In this document: positions 38,715 to 52,112 of the stretch, in pieces
Layout of the letters: each line of letters begins with the position of its first letter
How positions within the stretch are numbered: position 1 is the first letter of the stretch
Source: Phoronis australis
Taxonomy: Eukaryota; Animalia; Phoronida
Assembly (NCBI GenBank): GCA_002633005.1
Contig: NMRA01000100.1
Location: 660,836-724,835 of the forward strand
Reading direction: 5' to 3'
DNA: 64,000 nt
Made by a program: the position numbers and the translations under genes
Notes under the pieces: generated by a model
What the model saw: only the letters and a program-made list of their open reading frames with translations
Told to the model about the DNA's origin: nothing
Databases searched by the model: none

Positions 38715-39800
38715 TGACCTCTCTGGTGTGCCCCCTAGTGGCAATTTTAATTTTTTACGCTTGCCTCTGTATCTTGGAGATCCTCAAAGATTTTCATAAA
38801 ATTTGGCAGTTAGTCATCTATTAGTGAGATGATGACATCGTCTCGTTTTCACACAGATTTGAGGTACTAATGTGGCCATTTTCGCCGTTCTATAATCAAC
38901 CAAACCGCTCTAGGGATGATTTTGAAAATTGGCATATATGTTCTTACTGTGAAGAGGGCGGCTGACGATGATTTTTCGATGACTTTGACTAATATGGCGC
39001 CTCCTATTGGCAGTTTTGTTTGTTTTTGCGCCCATGGCTGTATCTCCTAAATGCTCTACAGGATATTTATTGAATTTTGCTGGGGTATTATATGAAGTTG
39101 AAAGCAAAGTACGACTGCTTTCAAATGGATTAGATTATCAGTGTGCTTCCTAAAGACAATTTTTTTGTTTTTTACGTTTACCTCTGTATCTATAAGGGTT
39201 CAACAGATCTTCATAAAATTTAGCAAATAAGGTGAGGTGACGCTATCCTCTGTTTTTCGGATGAATTGGAGGTATTTTGCACCATCTGGTGGCCATTTTT
39301 ACTATTTTCGAGTCTTTTTTCATCTGCCCCTATGTCAACCAAACCACTCTAAGGATGATTTTGGAAATTTGGCATGTATGTTCCTAATGTGAAGAGGAAG
39401 GCTGACAATTTTCTGATGACTTTGAGTACTATGGCGCCTCTTAGTGGCATTTTTTGCGCCCATTGCGGTATCTCCTAAACACTATGCAGGATGTATAATT
39501 AAATTTAGCAAATGAATTCATATGAAGTTGACAACGGATGACGACGACTTTCAGATATATCTGACGTACGCTGTGCCCCCTAGTGGCAATTTCATTTTTT
39601 CTGTTTTCCTCTGTTTCTTTGAAGTTCGTTTACGGATTTTTATGAAATTCAATAAATAGCTTTCTATTAAAAAATGATGGCAATTTGTTTCCATTTTCAG
39701 ATGGATTCGACGTATTTTGCGCCGTCTAGTGACCATTTTTATGATACAAATAAACACTCCTAGAAGCGCACCGTTCGCGGTGCATTCGTGGTCGCATTGT
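38715..39800 (+). mobile_element. Degraded copy of the HINE/Helentron-like family (see 55511-56609); smaller fragment at ~23200-23360
   Basis: Shared core blocks: CCCCTAGTGGCAATTTTA, ATTAGTGAGATGA, TCAACCAAACCGCTC, GCGCCCATGGCTGTATCTCC. Terminal hairpin GCACCGTTCGCGGTGC near 39768-39783. Confidence 0.75.
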
Positions 39801-41503
39801 TAACAATGCATTGAGCTTTTGAAAGATGATATGGCACTTAAACCTATACAACTGCACTGACTGTTCAAACTAGTTTATAACCGTTACAACTGGACTGACC
39901 GTACACACCAGTTTATAACTAGTACATATGCACTTACTTTTCACACCAATGTCACAACTGCACTGACCATTCACACCAGTTTATGACTGTTACAGCTGTA
40001 GGTTTGGTTTCAAGTCCACAGATGATTGTAAACTGCAAGCCCTTGTCTCCAGTATGAGCAGGTCAATGTAAACTGGGGATTTTGTTGAACCATTCTGTAG
40101 TTCACAGCATCGATGTAAATGATTAAGGAGACGCTGCCATCATTGAAGTAATTGCAAGGTAGCGCTGATGAATAAATGCCGTTCGAGGTACACTGGGAAA
40201 TGGCAGATTTTTCTTCCTGTGTGTGCAAAGATTTTTTAATATGACATATTTGAGAACATTTTACTGGTGGCTATTTGAGCAAAATGTTCGCGAATATTAG
40301 TGACGACCTTGCCCTTAAATTGTTTACAATAATAGTAGCCCCTGGTAATTACTTTGATAAGACTAAGTTGACCGTTCATACCACACCTCAGTGTCGATGC
40401 TTCCTGTTATATCCCTGTTTACTGCAGAGTTAACTGTCGCAGTAAACCTCAATCCTTTACCAAAGTTAACCGTACTGACCCCAACTCCTCAAAACATCAA
40501 CACGTTATCAAGCAAAATCGTTTCTTTCAAAATTTATTTTGCCACATTTTGTCAACATTTGCAGTACAAATTGTCCCTATTTTGGTTTTATTAATGTTAA
40601 GGTCTGCTGTCGATTATTTATCCGCGTTTGCAGGCTGGTAACAGACACTGCTCCTGTTGCATAGCGGGCGTACTTAAGCCTGGGTTCCTGAATGAATTGT
40701 GCTTCCGATATCGCGGTTAGTTCAAAATGGCGGTGTGTTCTTCAGGTCGGAGTCGTGAGTGACGCGTTTATTTAATTTTCTTCGACAACGGATTGTGAAT
40801 TGGTTATGGGATTGGTAAAATTTCTCCTATCCATTTAATAATGGTTAAAAATTTGTACTTCTAGGACTTTAAGCCTATTGATTAGCTTTTGGCTCGGTAA
40901 CCATGAGAATCACACCCCAACACGATGCTGTTCTTTTCAGACCCCTATTTAATTCAACTGTTTTTGGCCTTTTGTTGTTTGTGCTGGGATCTCACAGTGA
41001 TCCAATATGGCACGAAAAGGCAACTTCACCTATTTTTTGAGGGGCCTACATTTGAGTAATTAAATTGGCATTTTCTTCTTTTGCTAAAGGCTCATTTTGC
41101 TTAAAAACTATCTGGTTAGCCCAATACATCTAAATTAACACAATTCCATTGAAGTTATAAGTTTTAAGGCTGTTCCAAATATCAGTTTAGTCCATTGTTA
41201 AGTGAAATCATTCGTCAACAGGTACCAGAGAATTTATTTTGGCTAATTTGTATAGTATTTATTCTGTTGAAATTGATCCTGTATCTTTCCTTTATATGAG
41301 GAATTCAATTTCAGAGAGAAAAAATCTCCAGTTTTAGTTCACGATGTGTTTTTTTGCCATGAAGTCATCCATGGCTGATGTGTTGATTGTTCTGCTCCAC
41401 ACAATTAAGATTGTTGATCAGATTTCCTGATAAACAGACTTCTTGAGGATGGAACATGATGAGCCAAACTTAACAGAAAATGTTAAAGTGGCTTTGGCCA
41501 AAC

Positions 41504-41597
41504 AGTGAGCTTTTGAGTGTTAGCTTGACTGCTTGCTACTGTAAAATAGTGAGCTTTTGAGTGTTAGCTTGACTGCTTGCTACTGTAAAATAGTGAG
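41504..41597 (+). repeat. 44-bp direct tandem duplication
   Basis: AGTGAGCTTTTGAGTGTTAGCTTGACTGCTTGCTACTGTAAAAT occurs twice. Confidence 0.9.
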
Positions 41598-44168
41598 ATC
41601 TAAATGTTTTTACTCAAAATCATACTCGAAAATGTATTTGACATTGATGGTTTGAGCTCAAAAGTAATTATCCATTGTACTGTGCTTGAGCATATGGTAT
41701 GTTCTGCACAAACTGCTGTGTTGTCCAAATTTGCCAACCGTCCTTTTAATGCTCTCAAATCGCATGCAATTAATGACTAATGAAGAACTGCCCTATTTCA
41801 TAACTATGTCAAGTGTTGATTTTTGTGATGGAAGGTGGATTTATAGGCACTTTAAAACATAAAAAGATGTGTAGGTCAGTTTGAACATTACATTCGGCTG
41901 AATCCCCTCTCCAAAATGCCATTAAAATTTTATTTATCATTCCATTGGTTTTTAGTAACAAGTACAGTTGTATTACTGATGTCAAATATCAACTTTTATG
42001 GATATTCGTCAATGTAGTAATAATAATAAGCCTTTGAAAATTGGTACGGTTATGCATAATTATTTTTCTTCAAGAAAGAATTTTTTAGAAATTTAAAATG
42101 ATTCTTCCCTGTTCTGTCAATTCCATCGCCTGAACGATTAACGGTGAACTATTTTTCTTCTGGTCTTCCACTGTATTGATTTCTTTTTATTCAAAACAAT
42201 TAAACGTAAAAAATAGCCAGTTACTCTGTCAACCTCTGTTAATACTTTAGGTTTTGCCTCGAGGCATGGTGCACAAAACATTCATTAGAGTGCATTTTTC
42301 CAAGTCTCTTGGGTTGAAATGTGTTATTAATTGCAGAAGTCATTTCATGATTTTTAATGAATCACCAACTCTCATTCAATTAATTCCTAACTCTGAGTAA
42401 TGTTGCCATTATCCAAATTAATTTTCACGAAATTTAATTTCCAACATTTACTGCCATTCAGTCACATTTCGTATTAAGCTGCAACTGCATTAGGGTTCCA
42501 TACTATTGTACATGTAACAGCGGGTGACTAACGGTAAAGCTCAAACTTTAATTGTTAACTTGGAACATAAAATCGTTGAAAATAGACTTCGCTTTTGTTG
42601 GTTGTTATTCCTTTTTTGTTTCCTGATTCCACAGTGATATTATGCCTGATGTCTCTATGGCCTGCAATGTTTTGAATTTGTATTCACATGTAGAAGAATA
42701 CACAATTTAATACTGAAGGTCATTTCAATTCACTTTCTTTACAAACAAACAACTTGGCAACAATTGACATTGGTTTTTCTGAATACTAGATGTTTGTAAA
42801 AAATATAGAAGTGTAGGGAAACTTGCTCAAAATCACGTGAGTGTGATTCTCCGAGCAACGGTGAAGCTAGTCGCAGATGACTTTACCCTTTGCTTGTCTA
42901 AAGTTGTTGACTGAGACTGTGTTCAAAATGCTACATATCAGCTGCATCCCTGTGTAAAATGCCATGAAGTATCTCATACATGTGATTACACTTGGTTCAC
43001 ATTATCACATGATGCGTGTAATGAGAGGCTGTCACCATCATGGTGAGGTCTGAAACATTTATAATAGTCTTCTCTCATTCATATCATGTTGCAGTAATTG
43101 ATGAATTACCCCTTGCTAATATGTTGAGATTCAGCCACTGATTTCTGCTATATTTGTTTCATTGTTCATGACCACACACTGTATCAAAGCTGTACTTCCA
43201 CAGAAAAACAAGCTTATCTAACATTTTTCCTGGCTATGGGCTGTAAAATTACTTGTTTTTATTTTGACCTTGATGCAGTTTTATCTCAGATTGGTCCAGG
43301 TTTATTGGTTTAATAGCTTTAGATGTTTATATTTTCTGTAACTTCCTGTTAGAAGTTGAAATGTGTTTATAGCTTGTTTATTAGTTTTTTGCTGTAGGTC
43401 TCTTTAATGTTTACATTAGAACTATTTACTTCCCTGTTGTCTGGAGATGAGGCTTTTTGCTTATCAGGTCTGGCACTTTTTTCAAACTCCGCTAGTCTGC
43501 TAGTCTACGGTATGCGCAGATGTCATGTCGCTTTTATTTAGTTGCCACTGAGCTATGTAGCTATAGAATCTCAAAGATATGAACTTTTGATTGAAACTGA
43601 ATTCACATTTATCCCTGGCCACCCATGTAAAGCCTTTTAATCTGGTATAATGTGAGAACTACTATTTGATCCTTCCATGTGCTTTTTCACACTCGGAGAG
43701 TTTCTTTGCAAGGTAAGCTATATGTATATATATATTGTGATTTATGCATCACGCACACCCAAATTCTAAAAGCTATCAAGGTCTCTGGAACCACGCTGTG
43801 GCAGAGGGCTAGCATGGTGTATAATCATAATTTGAGTGACCTTTATCAATAGACTAAGTATTGCCAACATTCCTTTGATGTCCTAACAGGCTACTCTGGG
43901 TAAAGGAACCCACCTAGCCTAGTCTTGGGTTAGCAAGGTCTGTAAACACTATTGGCATGACATGATGAAGAGAAGATTTAATTCCTTAAACTCCACATAG
44001 AAAACAGTTAAATTGCCTATTGCTCTGAAAATTCGTTAGTCGCCTGTGTGACCAGCCAGTGAACTTACTAATGTCTAGCCGCTTTTTCAGTTACATTGGG
44101 TGTGGGGAGTTGCATCCCAACACAACTTTATATACAATGATCTGTTTGCAGGAGGACAAAGACAGCTT

Positions 44169-45040
44169 TTTATACCACAATATTAGCGCCAAATGGCAGA
44201 TACAACCGTGTAATAACCCATATAGTTATCTCACTAGTGAGATAACGATTTGGCGGGAAACCGAGGACGGAGTCGAACCCGGGACCTTGAGTTTGCTGGT
44301 CGCCGACCTTAACCACTACACCACGCAGCGGCTGACGTCATCTAGAGTGAAAATAGAATACTTAAATGAGCACGTGCAATAATCGTACGTTCAACAAACC
44401 GCATTGTACTGTACTTATACGCTACGAAAAATAAGACACATAATTTCTATAAAAATGATATCTTAATTCAGTGAAATTTTTCTCTCATGTCCTCTTACTT
44501 GTAAATCACCGATCTCTAGTTTGAATGCGGGTATCGTGTCGTCAGGATCTTTGACTTGAGAATTATATTCAGTTACCAGTGGTAACCTACTTTAGCAGAC
44601 GATAATTTCCCGGTCGAAGCTTAGCGTGAAAAAAACGTGTTTTAAGCTATAATAGTTGGTAAACCTTAATTTATGAATTCAGTTTATTTCTATTATATTT
44701 AAGTTTTCAATTGGTTTTGAGTAAAAGCATTATTTGACAAAAATAGCCCGGCTTTTCTTAAAAGGTCACGACCTCCGACCCCGGGCCTCTGACATAGAAA
44801 GTAGTTACAAAGCCGTGGAGAGTCAGAAAAGGTAAATCGATTCATTGCAATGTTTCTCGTTTAGTATGTGGTATAAATAGATTATTACATGTTCTCAGTC
44901 GTTATCCCCCTTATCTAGAGCCCTCGTGGATTTTGTAGAATTATCACCCTCGGGGCTAACGCCCCTCGGGCGATAATTCTCCAAAATCCACTCGGGCTCT
45001 AGATAACGGGGGATAACGTCTTCGCCATGTAATAATCTAT
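44169..45040. mobile_element. Non-autonomous element with 11-bp inverted ends, an internal tRNA-like segment and a terminal 164-bp hairpin
   Basis: TTTATACCACA (44169-44179) / TGTGGTATAAA (44867-44877); long hairpin 44877-45040; perfect 22-bp palindrome 44225-44246. Confidence 0.55.
44251..44333 (-). pseudogene. tRNA-derived sequence (pseudo-tRNA or SINE head), not a functional tRNA
   Basis: Minus strand has A box TGGTGTAGTGG and B box GGTTCGACTCC at tRNA spacing, but the anticodon and acceptor stems do not pair. Confidence 0.65.
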
Positions 45041-46101
45041 ATATATTTCAGTCTACCTGTACGCAGTGAACAATGTAGGTTGGCTGGTGATAAAAATTCT
45101 CAACCAGCTGAATTTTTGATGGAAACAATTATGTAGATTTGTGCGATGTTGTTTATGGTTTGATTCTGCCCATGTGTATTAGTACACATGATAATCCGAT
45201 GCTAAGTTGGTAAAGTTTGTGCAGATGTTTTAAAATTTTGTGGAGGCATCTTCCTGAAAATTGATGGGTTTTCCTGAAACTGCCATAACTACGTTATTCC
45301 ACGCATATTCTTTGGGGTATTAACCTGCGCTTAGCATTTAATTTGCTAGATTGTTCTCGCGTTTATTGACTTTTCCCATATGAAATGGGGAATGTAATGT
45401 AATTACAGCAGTGCTGCAATCCATTTATTTTGTTGAAAGATGTGTTCTCCCAACCTCCACCAGGGGCAATGATAGCATGCATCTTGTGATGTCCCAAAAT
45501 TAGTCACTTATGGGACTCTGACTAAGCATTTGTGCATGCATCAGTATGGAACAGAATACTTGTGGAACTGTCTATCTTACTTAGAGAGGAAATTGTTAGG
45601 TGGCCTCAGTGGCAACAACTAGTAGAACAGTCACGTAAAAAACGCGAATCGAAACTTGACCAGTGTTAATGAACACGTGGCGAAAAAGCGTGCGCTAGGG
45701 CCCACATATATGTTAGAATGTGGACCTGCTACCGACTCTGGCAAATGAGCTCTGATGGCATGCGCTCGCTCAGCGCAGACTTGCGGACTAACTTAAAACA
45801 AACGTCACGTGGCAACAACATCTGTGTTCGTCTAGATTTTTCACTTGTGCGGGGTGCGATCTTGCCCAGATTTGGACTGCGGTTAATCCCGACTCCACAG
45901 GAACTAAAAAATCTTAAGTACGCTATTTGGAAAACTTAAAGGACAATGCCACCCAATTTAATTAGTGTTTTTTACCATCTTAATCTGTCTATATCCACAT
46001 CACCTCGTATACGGTGGATCTCACCTTGCCGAGAGGTGTTGCGTTAACCTGTGAGGAAGGTGAGAAACGACTCAGCGACATCAGTGGTTTTTCTGCAGAG
46101 T

Positions 46102-46430
46102 GAGTGCTGCTATGGAGGGGACTGTATTGTTCCCGCTTGAGCGAACTAATGAAGCTACGTCTGCTCAGGAAAGCAGGTATATCTTTTTTTCGATTTCCTC
46201 GAGAGCACGCAATGCTTCAGAAGTGGTTCGCGGTAGTGAAGAATGAAAAGTACGCCGTAATACCAATTAAGTATGAGGCCATGAAACTTCTCCGTGTCTG
46301 TGGCCGGCATTTCGTCCACAGTGATTTCTCTGACTACCGAATGCCGGCTCACCAAACAGCTCGTGCCAGGGCAGAAAAAGAGACTGAGTATGAAGTCAGA
46401 TGTTGTGCCTGGTGTGTTTGGGTTGTTGCT
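46102..46430 (+). pseudogene. THAP domain of Kolobok transposase (frameshifted; catalytic part deleted)
   Basis: ECCYGGDC / GISFFRFPREHAMLQKWFAVVK...LRVCGRHFVHSDF / RLSMKSDVVPGVFG matches the C2CH THAP motif, with two frameshifts. Confidence 0.85.
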
Positions 46431-46541
46431 CAGTTTTTGATTATGGAGAATTGTAGGTGGCCATGGAAACAAACAATTACAATTAATTGAAGGCATTAGA
46501 GAACATAACATTTTATATATTTAACCTGTTTGATGACTTAC

Positions 46542-46979
46542 TCATTCGTCAGGCTTCTGTTTGGACCTCTGGGTGTAGCATGTTTTCGCCAGTTCTTTTT
46601 CCCAGTCCCAAAAACGTTGTAAGCTGCCGAGACTTCTGTTTAGATGCGGTGCAAAATCAAGATGGTGCGTGAGACACATCTACACTTCTCCAAGAAGGCG
46701 TTTCATTTGCGGAATTTGTGGCAGCAAACGCAAGTGTCAGCAATGTTTCCATTATCGTGCAGTTAGTACACTCAGACACCATGACAAATCATTCAAACGG
46801 TTCTCGGAACTATCCACATGTTCCATTGTCTGCACGTTCACAACGCCTGTATCTTGTATTTCTTGATCAGTGAATTCTGGTTCGAACTGATAGCTTGTGA
46901 AACCTATCGATTGACCTGTGAAGTATACGTCAGATGAACACTCATCTAAGTCGGGATTGTGAGTTGCCAAGGTTGACAT
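46542..46979 (-). pseudogene. KolX / P2X7 intracellular ballast-like Cys-rich protein, exon 1 (frameshifted)
   Basis: Reads MSTL...SYQFEPEFTDQE...NRLNDLSWC/CTNCTIMETL/CVCCHK/QMKRLLGEV*MCLTHHLDFAPHLNRS/KNWRKHATPRGPNRSLTN, ending at donor GA|GTAAGT (46541). The YxFEP, WCxCxxCxxM, CxCC and CxTxH motifs are typical of this family. Confidence 0.75.
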
Positions 46980-49900
46980 TTTTTATTGTGCGCTATGTTT
47001 CAAAATTAATTATTCTCACCCTAAGCAATGCTTATATAAAACTGAAGTGAAGATGCAATAAACTAATTGACCGGGCACCTTCATACCATGAATAATACTC
47101 TTACAAGGAAATCACACATTTCTAAAGATATGCGGGAATTTTCACCGCTTGTCCTTCTGAGCTGCTTGTACCTAAAAGAGAGCGTAGTACCAGAATCAGG
47201 TACAATTGTGATGACCACATTGCCCCATGCATGCGAGCAAGACCCAATTAAAGTGTATTAAACAAATCTGACTGTACATAACGGCGAATTTTCAAAATGC
47301 ATTAACCACTAATTTTCCGTATAAACCAACACCACAGCGGTATTCAGCCGGAAAAAAAACAACCAAGTACGGTTTTCGATTTTTAAAAATCGATAAATTA
47401 ATAATTTAAAAGCTACAACCATTGGGCAATATTGAAGATAAACTACCGCGCGTATTGATATACTGGGTGGATATACAAACACTGATCAGAGTTAACAATA
47501 TCACATGGATTCATTTTTTAATATTCTTTCAATCTCGTTTAACCAGATTTTTGACCAGGAAACAGTTGTTGTGCCCACTTTCATATTTTTTTAACGACAA
47601 AGAGCTAGTATAGTTATATAGTCAGTGCCACCAAAACAGGCCCCCGTTCGACACCTAGTGAAGAGGACAATTCGTCATTCAATGAACAGATCGGTGAGCG
47701 AAACTTTTGATTAGTTTATTGTGGACTTGTCTAAAGTATTGGAGCTATTTAGAAGGTGCCAGGTGTGTGACGAGGGTGTCACATGGCAGGATGTAAGCAG
47801 TTTGCGTGCTCAAGTCACTATCTGAGTGGGAGTGTGTCGCAGCCACTTGGGCAAGTGGGACAGTTGTTCCTCTGTCCGTGGGACGATAATGAGTACATCT
47901 CAGTACGCAGTAACAGTGTGGCATGTTGACTGACTCGTAAATAAAAACACACGATGACCGAACTTATCAAAACCTCGAGATAGAAAAATGACTGACTGGG
48001 CAGCTCTCACAGTCAGACTATACGAAAAGAAATAGGCGGGAAATTCTTGCCTCCCAAAACGTCACTTCCGGAGCAGTGAACGAATAGTTAATCAAATAAC
48101 GAAAAGCTGTAATTAAGGGGAAAATATGTCTGGGATAACCAACAAACCTTTTTTTGCATAAAAAGACATGATAAAAGGTTGCCTTCGCCTTTAAGTATAG
48201 TCTTTTCGTGACTGGAATTTTAGTTTCTAACTTTGGCTGGTTTATGTCTGATGTCTTCAGGCTGGCCGCGACGGGCCTGATCGGGTTTACGCATCAGTCG
48301 GCAAGTTTTCGCCATGGGATTTCAGCACATTTTTTAAAAAAAAGATTGTAATTTAACAACAATTAGTTTGATAGCAATGCACCACAGTTTTGTAGAAAGT
48401 TTGTCATAGGTTACAGATACATCACAGCGTGTAAATTTGATTTCACCCATTGTCGAAGACCGGGTTTCAACCGCCTTAGACTACAACAAGCGCATCCGTC
48501 CCGAAATGAATTTTTCTAAGCACCCTGGGCGAATACATTAGCCCTAATAGATGGTGGCATCAACGAACCAAATGATGATTTTTATTGACCCTGGCAGCAA
48601 CTTTGTGGTGACAGACGCTAACGACTGGGCGACTGAATTTCGGGCTGGGTGAGTAGATTTTATGGCTCAATCACCCAGCTGGTGAGTGGGGTTTTGAAAC
48701 TTGAGTATATCCTTGATGGGCTGGGTGCTTATTTTAGCTGAGTCTGATAACACATGGGGGCGCCTTATAGGGGCATGGGCGCTTATTAGGGTGAATCCGG
48801 TATTCATTATTGACTTCACTGAAAAGATCATAGCGTTTTTATCTGTCTTTCATTTTATTTGCAGCACAGCTGCTTCTTGCAACAATATTTTGGGCTTCAT
48901 TACAAGTAATTGGTTTGAAAAAGAACATTTTGTAAAATATGTACTTAAGCTACATGAAGTATCCAGCGTTGGACTGGGTGACACCTGTCAGCTTCTGGCA
49001 ACCATTTCTAGCATTGTTTTCTTATTCTGATCTTTATATGCAGGTTTATGCAAAGCCTTTTTTGAAAAAATGCAACAATGTAAAAGATCCTTATTCTACA
49101 ATAGTTTAATCTGGAGGTTTAACAATAATGTATCATTGTTTGCATCTCATTCTTTTCATAGTCCATAGTTTTGCCCCTATTACTTGTAAAAAGAGAAGTA
49201 AACTGAATAGATCCTTCCAATCTATTAGAAGAGTACAATGCACTGTCTTCAGTCCAAATCATGAAATGTTGTCCAGACGCTGTAATGTCACAACCACTTG
49301 TTACATTTTATGCCTCAGGTAAATTGTCCAATTATTGTCTCAGTTGTTCTCTAGTAATTTTCATAGTTCTTTCGATTAACCTTTGCTAAATGAACTGTAA
49401 TACTTGTGGCCTTAAAGGCATTCAGACTCTTTGTTCATGCTACATAAAATGTCATCGCATTATTTGCGGTGTTTTGGGTTTTAATTGAAGTGCTTTGGCA
49501 ATAACTACGCCATGGTTTTTCTTTGAATTTTCACCTTATTGCTTACTAAATGTTTTTCCTTTTGAGGATTTGACATTAAAGTATACAGACATGCCAGTAC
49601 TGTACTAAATAGTACATCTGTTACCTGTGCTACACAGAGATGCCTATATTATGAACCCTAGAAAAAATGGCCTAATTTGGCTCCCTGATGGAACTTCTTA
49701 TCTCAGAAATAGTCTATTGCATTCATGTGAAACTTTCAAATGGCAGTTTTTTTAAGTGCTCCACTTTTGTATTAGGGGTTACAAAAATAGAGCTTTGTGA
49801 TTTCTATGAAAAAATCAAAAGTTGGATGAAACAAAAACAAATTAATTATATTTTAAAAGCTGTAGCAGCATTTTTGAGATATTATCTTGGACAAAACGAA

Positions 49901-50469
49901 ATTTGGCCATGTCATTGTTGCCATTGTCATGTTATGAAGGTACTTTTCTTTCTTGCAAAATTTTAATGAAGACATGGTCACATTATCCAAGTACTTGTAT
50001 TCGGTAGTCAAAAATCAAATTCTACGATACTTTCTACTTTCAGAAAACACATACTTTCAACCAGTTAAACTCTATAGTTTTGTAAATATTTGGCTAAATG
50101 TACAAATGGTGTACTACATTAAACCTTAAAGGATCTATAAATAATCCTTACTGCATTTTTGGGGATTGGTGAGGAAGTTGTCAGAAAAAATGAGATGGTC
50201 CAGGAATATTTGTTAGCTTTTGACATGTCAACAATTGTATGATCCAAACTTGGTACTTTCCAATTGCTTTTCCAGTTTGATTTATGTCAGATATCAGACC
50301 AATACATTCTTCACTGGACTGAAAACAGAAATGATTGTACCGTATATACTTACCATTTTCCAATATTGCAGGCACATGATCCAACTTGTGATAAGATGGC
50401 AATGGGTTAGTTGGTGGACAACTTTCACCATAGAAACTTAATGATTTCGCAGACTTTTTCTTGTTTTGA

Positions 50470-50663
50470 AAATTCCCATATTTCCATGTACGTGTACTGA
50501 AAGCTGGCCATATGCCAAATTCTTATATTTCCATGTAAGTGAACTGAGAGCTAGCCGTATGCCAAATTCCTATATTTCCATGTAAGTGTACTCAGAGCTA
50601 GCCATATGCCAAATTCCTATATTTCCATGTAAGTGTACTCAGAGCTAGCCATATGCCAAATTC
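50470..50663 (+). repeat. 47-bp tandem repeat, ~4 copies
   Basis: Units of AAATTCCTATATTTCCATGTAAGTGTACTCAGAGCTAGCCATATGCC. Confidence 0.93.
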
Positions 50664-52112
50664 GTTTGAGAAAGACTTAAACGCATAAGTCAGTGCTAGT
50701 CATAACATCAAAAAATATCCTACTTAAGCATCTGTACGGGTAGCAGCTAGTGTATAAGAAATGATGGTGGGAAATAACTACTCCTTCAGTTGAGCAGTAG
50801 GGTTCATCACAAGAGACAGGAATATTTCTAGAAGAGACCATTTTAATTTATAGTTTCAATCAGAAGTTTTGTCAGGTTTTGGCAGGGTGTGCGGCTAAGT
50901 GATTCTCTCCCTAGGCAGCACAGATACTTTCTCCAAAACATGTGACCCTTTCATAAAATAATGTACCTAATCAGATATTCTTAAACTGAAAACTAAGAAA
51001 GTGTTTGAAATACTGTTTTGTACACAAAATAGTTTCAGTGTATTTACAAAAGTCTTATCATGAATGTACATGTTAAGGATGACAGGGTCAAGACTTGTAA
51101 AGAACTCTCAGCAATGGAAATAATAAAATTGTGAGGTACAATAATACATGTTCACATCATTCTGTACAATGCAGCACTCAGGACTGACTTAATGAAAAAC
51201 CTTTGAAATCATAGATTTACATACTAAGCGCAACGACAGTGTGGCACATCTATGCAGCTGTACCACAATAAGAGAGCTTATATACAAATGTTTTTTTTTT
51301 TACAAAATCTGTCTTAAGAAGCATTCGTTCACAAGATAATTCCAGTGTATTTACAAAAGAAAACATCATAAATGTACATACTAAGGATGAGTGGGTCAAC
51401 ACGTGTAAAGAATTTCAACAGTAAAAGTAATGAAATTGTGAGTTACAATTATACATGTACACACCATTGATTAAATACATGACACTTGTTGTTAACAGTC
51501 TTTATTCTGTTTCGTTTGTATCCTCTGAGCAAAGTTCTACGTCAACAGAACATTGGTGAGGCAATTGACCAAGAGAAATGATTAAAAGACACATGGTATT
51601 TCGAAACCTACTTTTCTCATTCTTAAGTGGAAATAAAATGAGGCAGTAATACCACCACAGAGCATAAGCTGGAGACATACACAGTGGGACTCAACAGGTG
51701 TGAAATACTGCAAAGAATGACACGTGACAAATGCACTTATCATTTTGTACAAATGCAGCACTCAGGACTGACTTAATGAAAAACCATTCGAGACATACCC
51801 GATACTCAAATGCTGGCAATTTAGTTGTACCAAACTACAAAACATCCAAGGAGTACTTTCTTTGTAGGTGGAGTGATTGCCTATAACAGTTTACCATTAG
51901 CTATTAAATCAATTACTGTTAAACGTACATTTAGAAGTAACTTAATAACTTATTTATTATCTAATTAACTGTATATCTGCATGCATGTCAAAAATTGTAT
52001 GTATTAATTAACTTNCTCGACAGGTGTGAAATACTGCAACTAGAATGACACGTGACAAATGCACTCATCATTTTGTACAAATGCAGCACTCAGGACGGAC
52101 TTAATGAAAAAC

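Larger units (their letters stand above)
45940..48190 (+). mobile_element. Internally deleted Kolobok DNA transposon
   Basis: TTAA|AGG (45936-45942) ... CCT|TTAA (48188-48194), with imperfect TIR AGGACAATGCCACC vs AGGCGAAGGCAACC. It contains a + strand THAP remnant and a convergent - strand KolX-like remnant. Confidence 0.75.

Noticed and set aside
44251-44333. Functional tRNA gene
   Set aside because: A and B boxes are present but the anticodon and acceptor stems do not pair.
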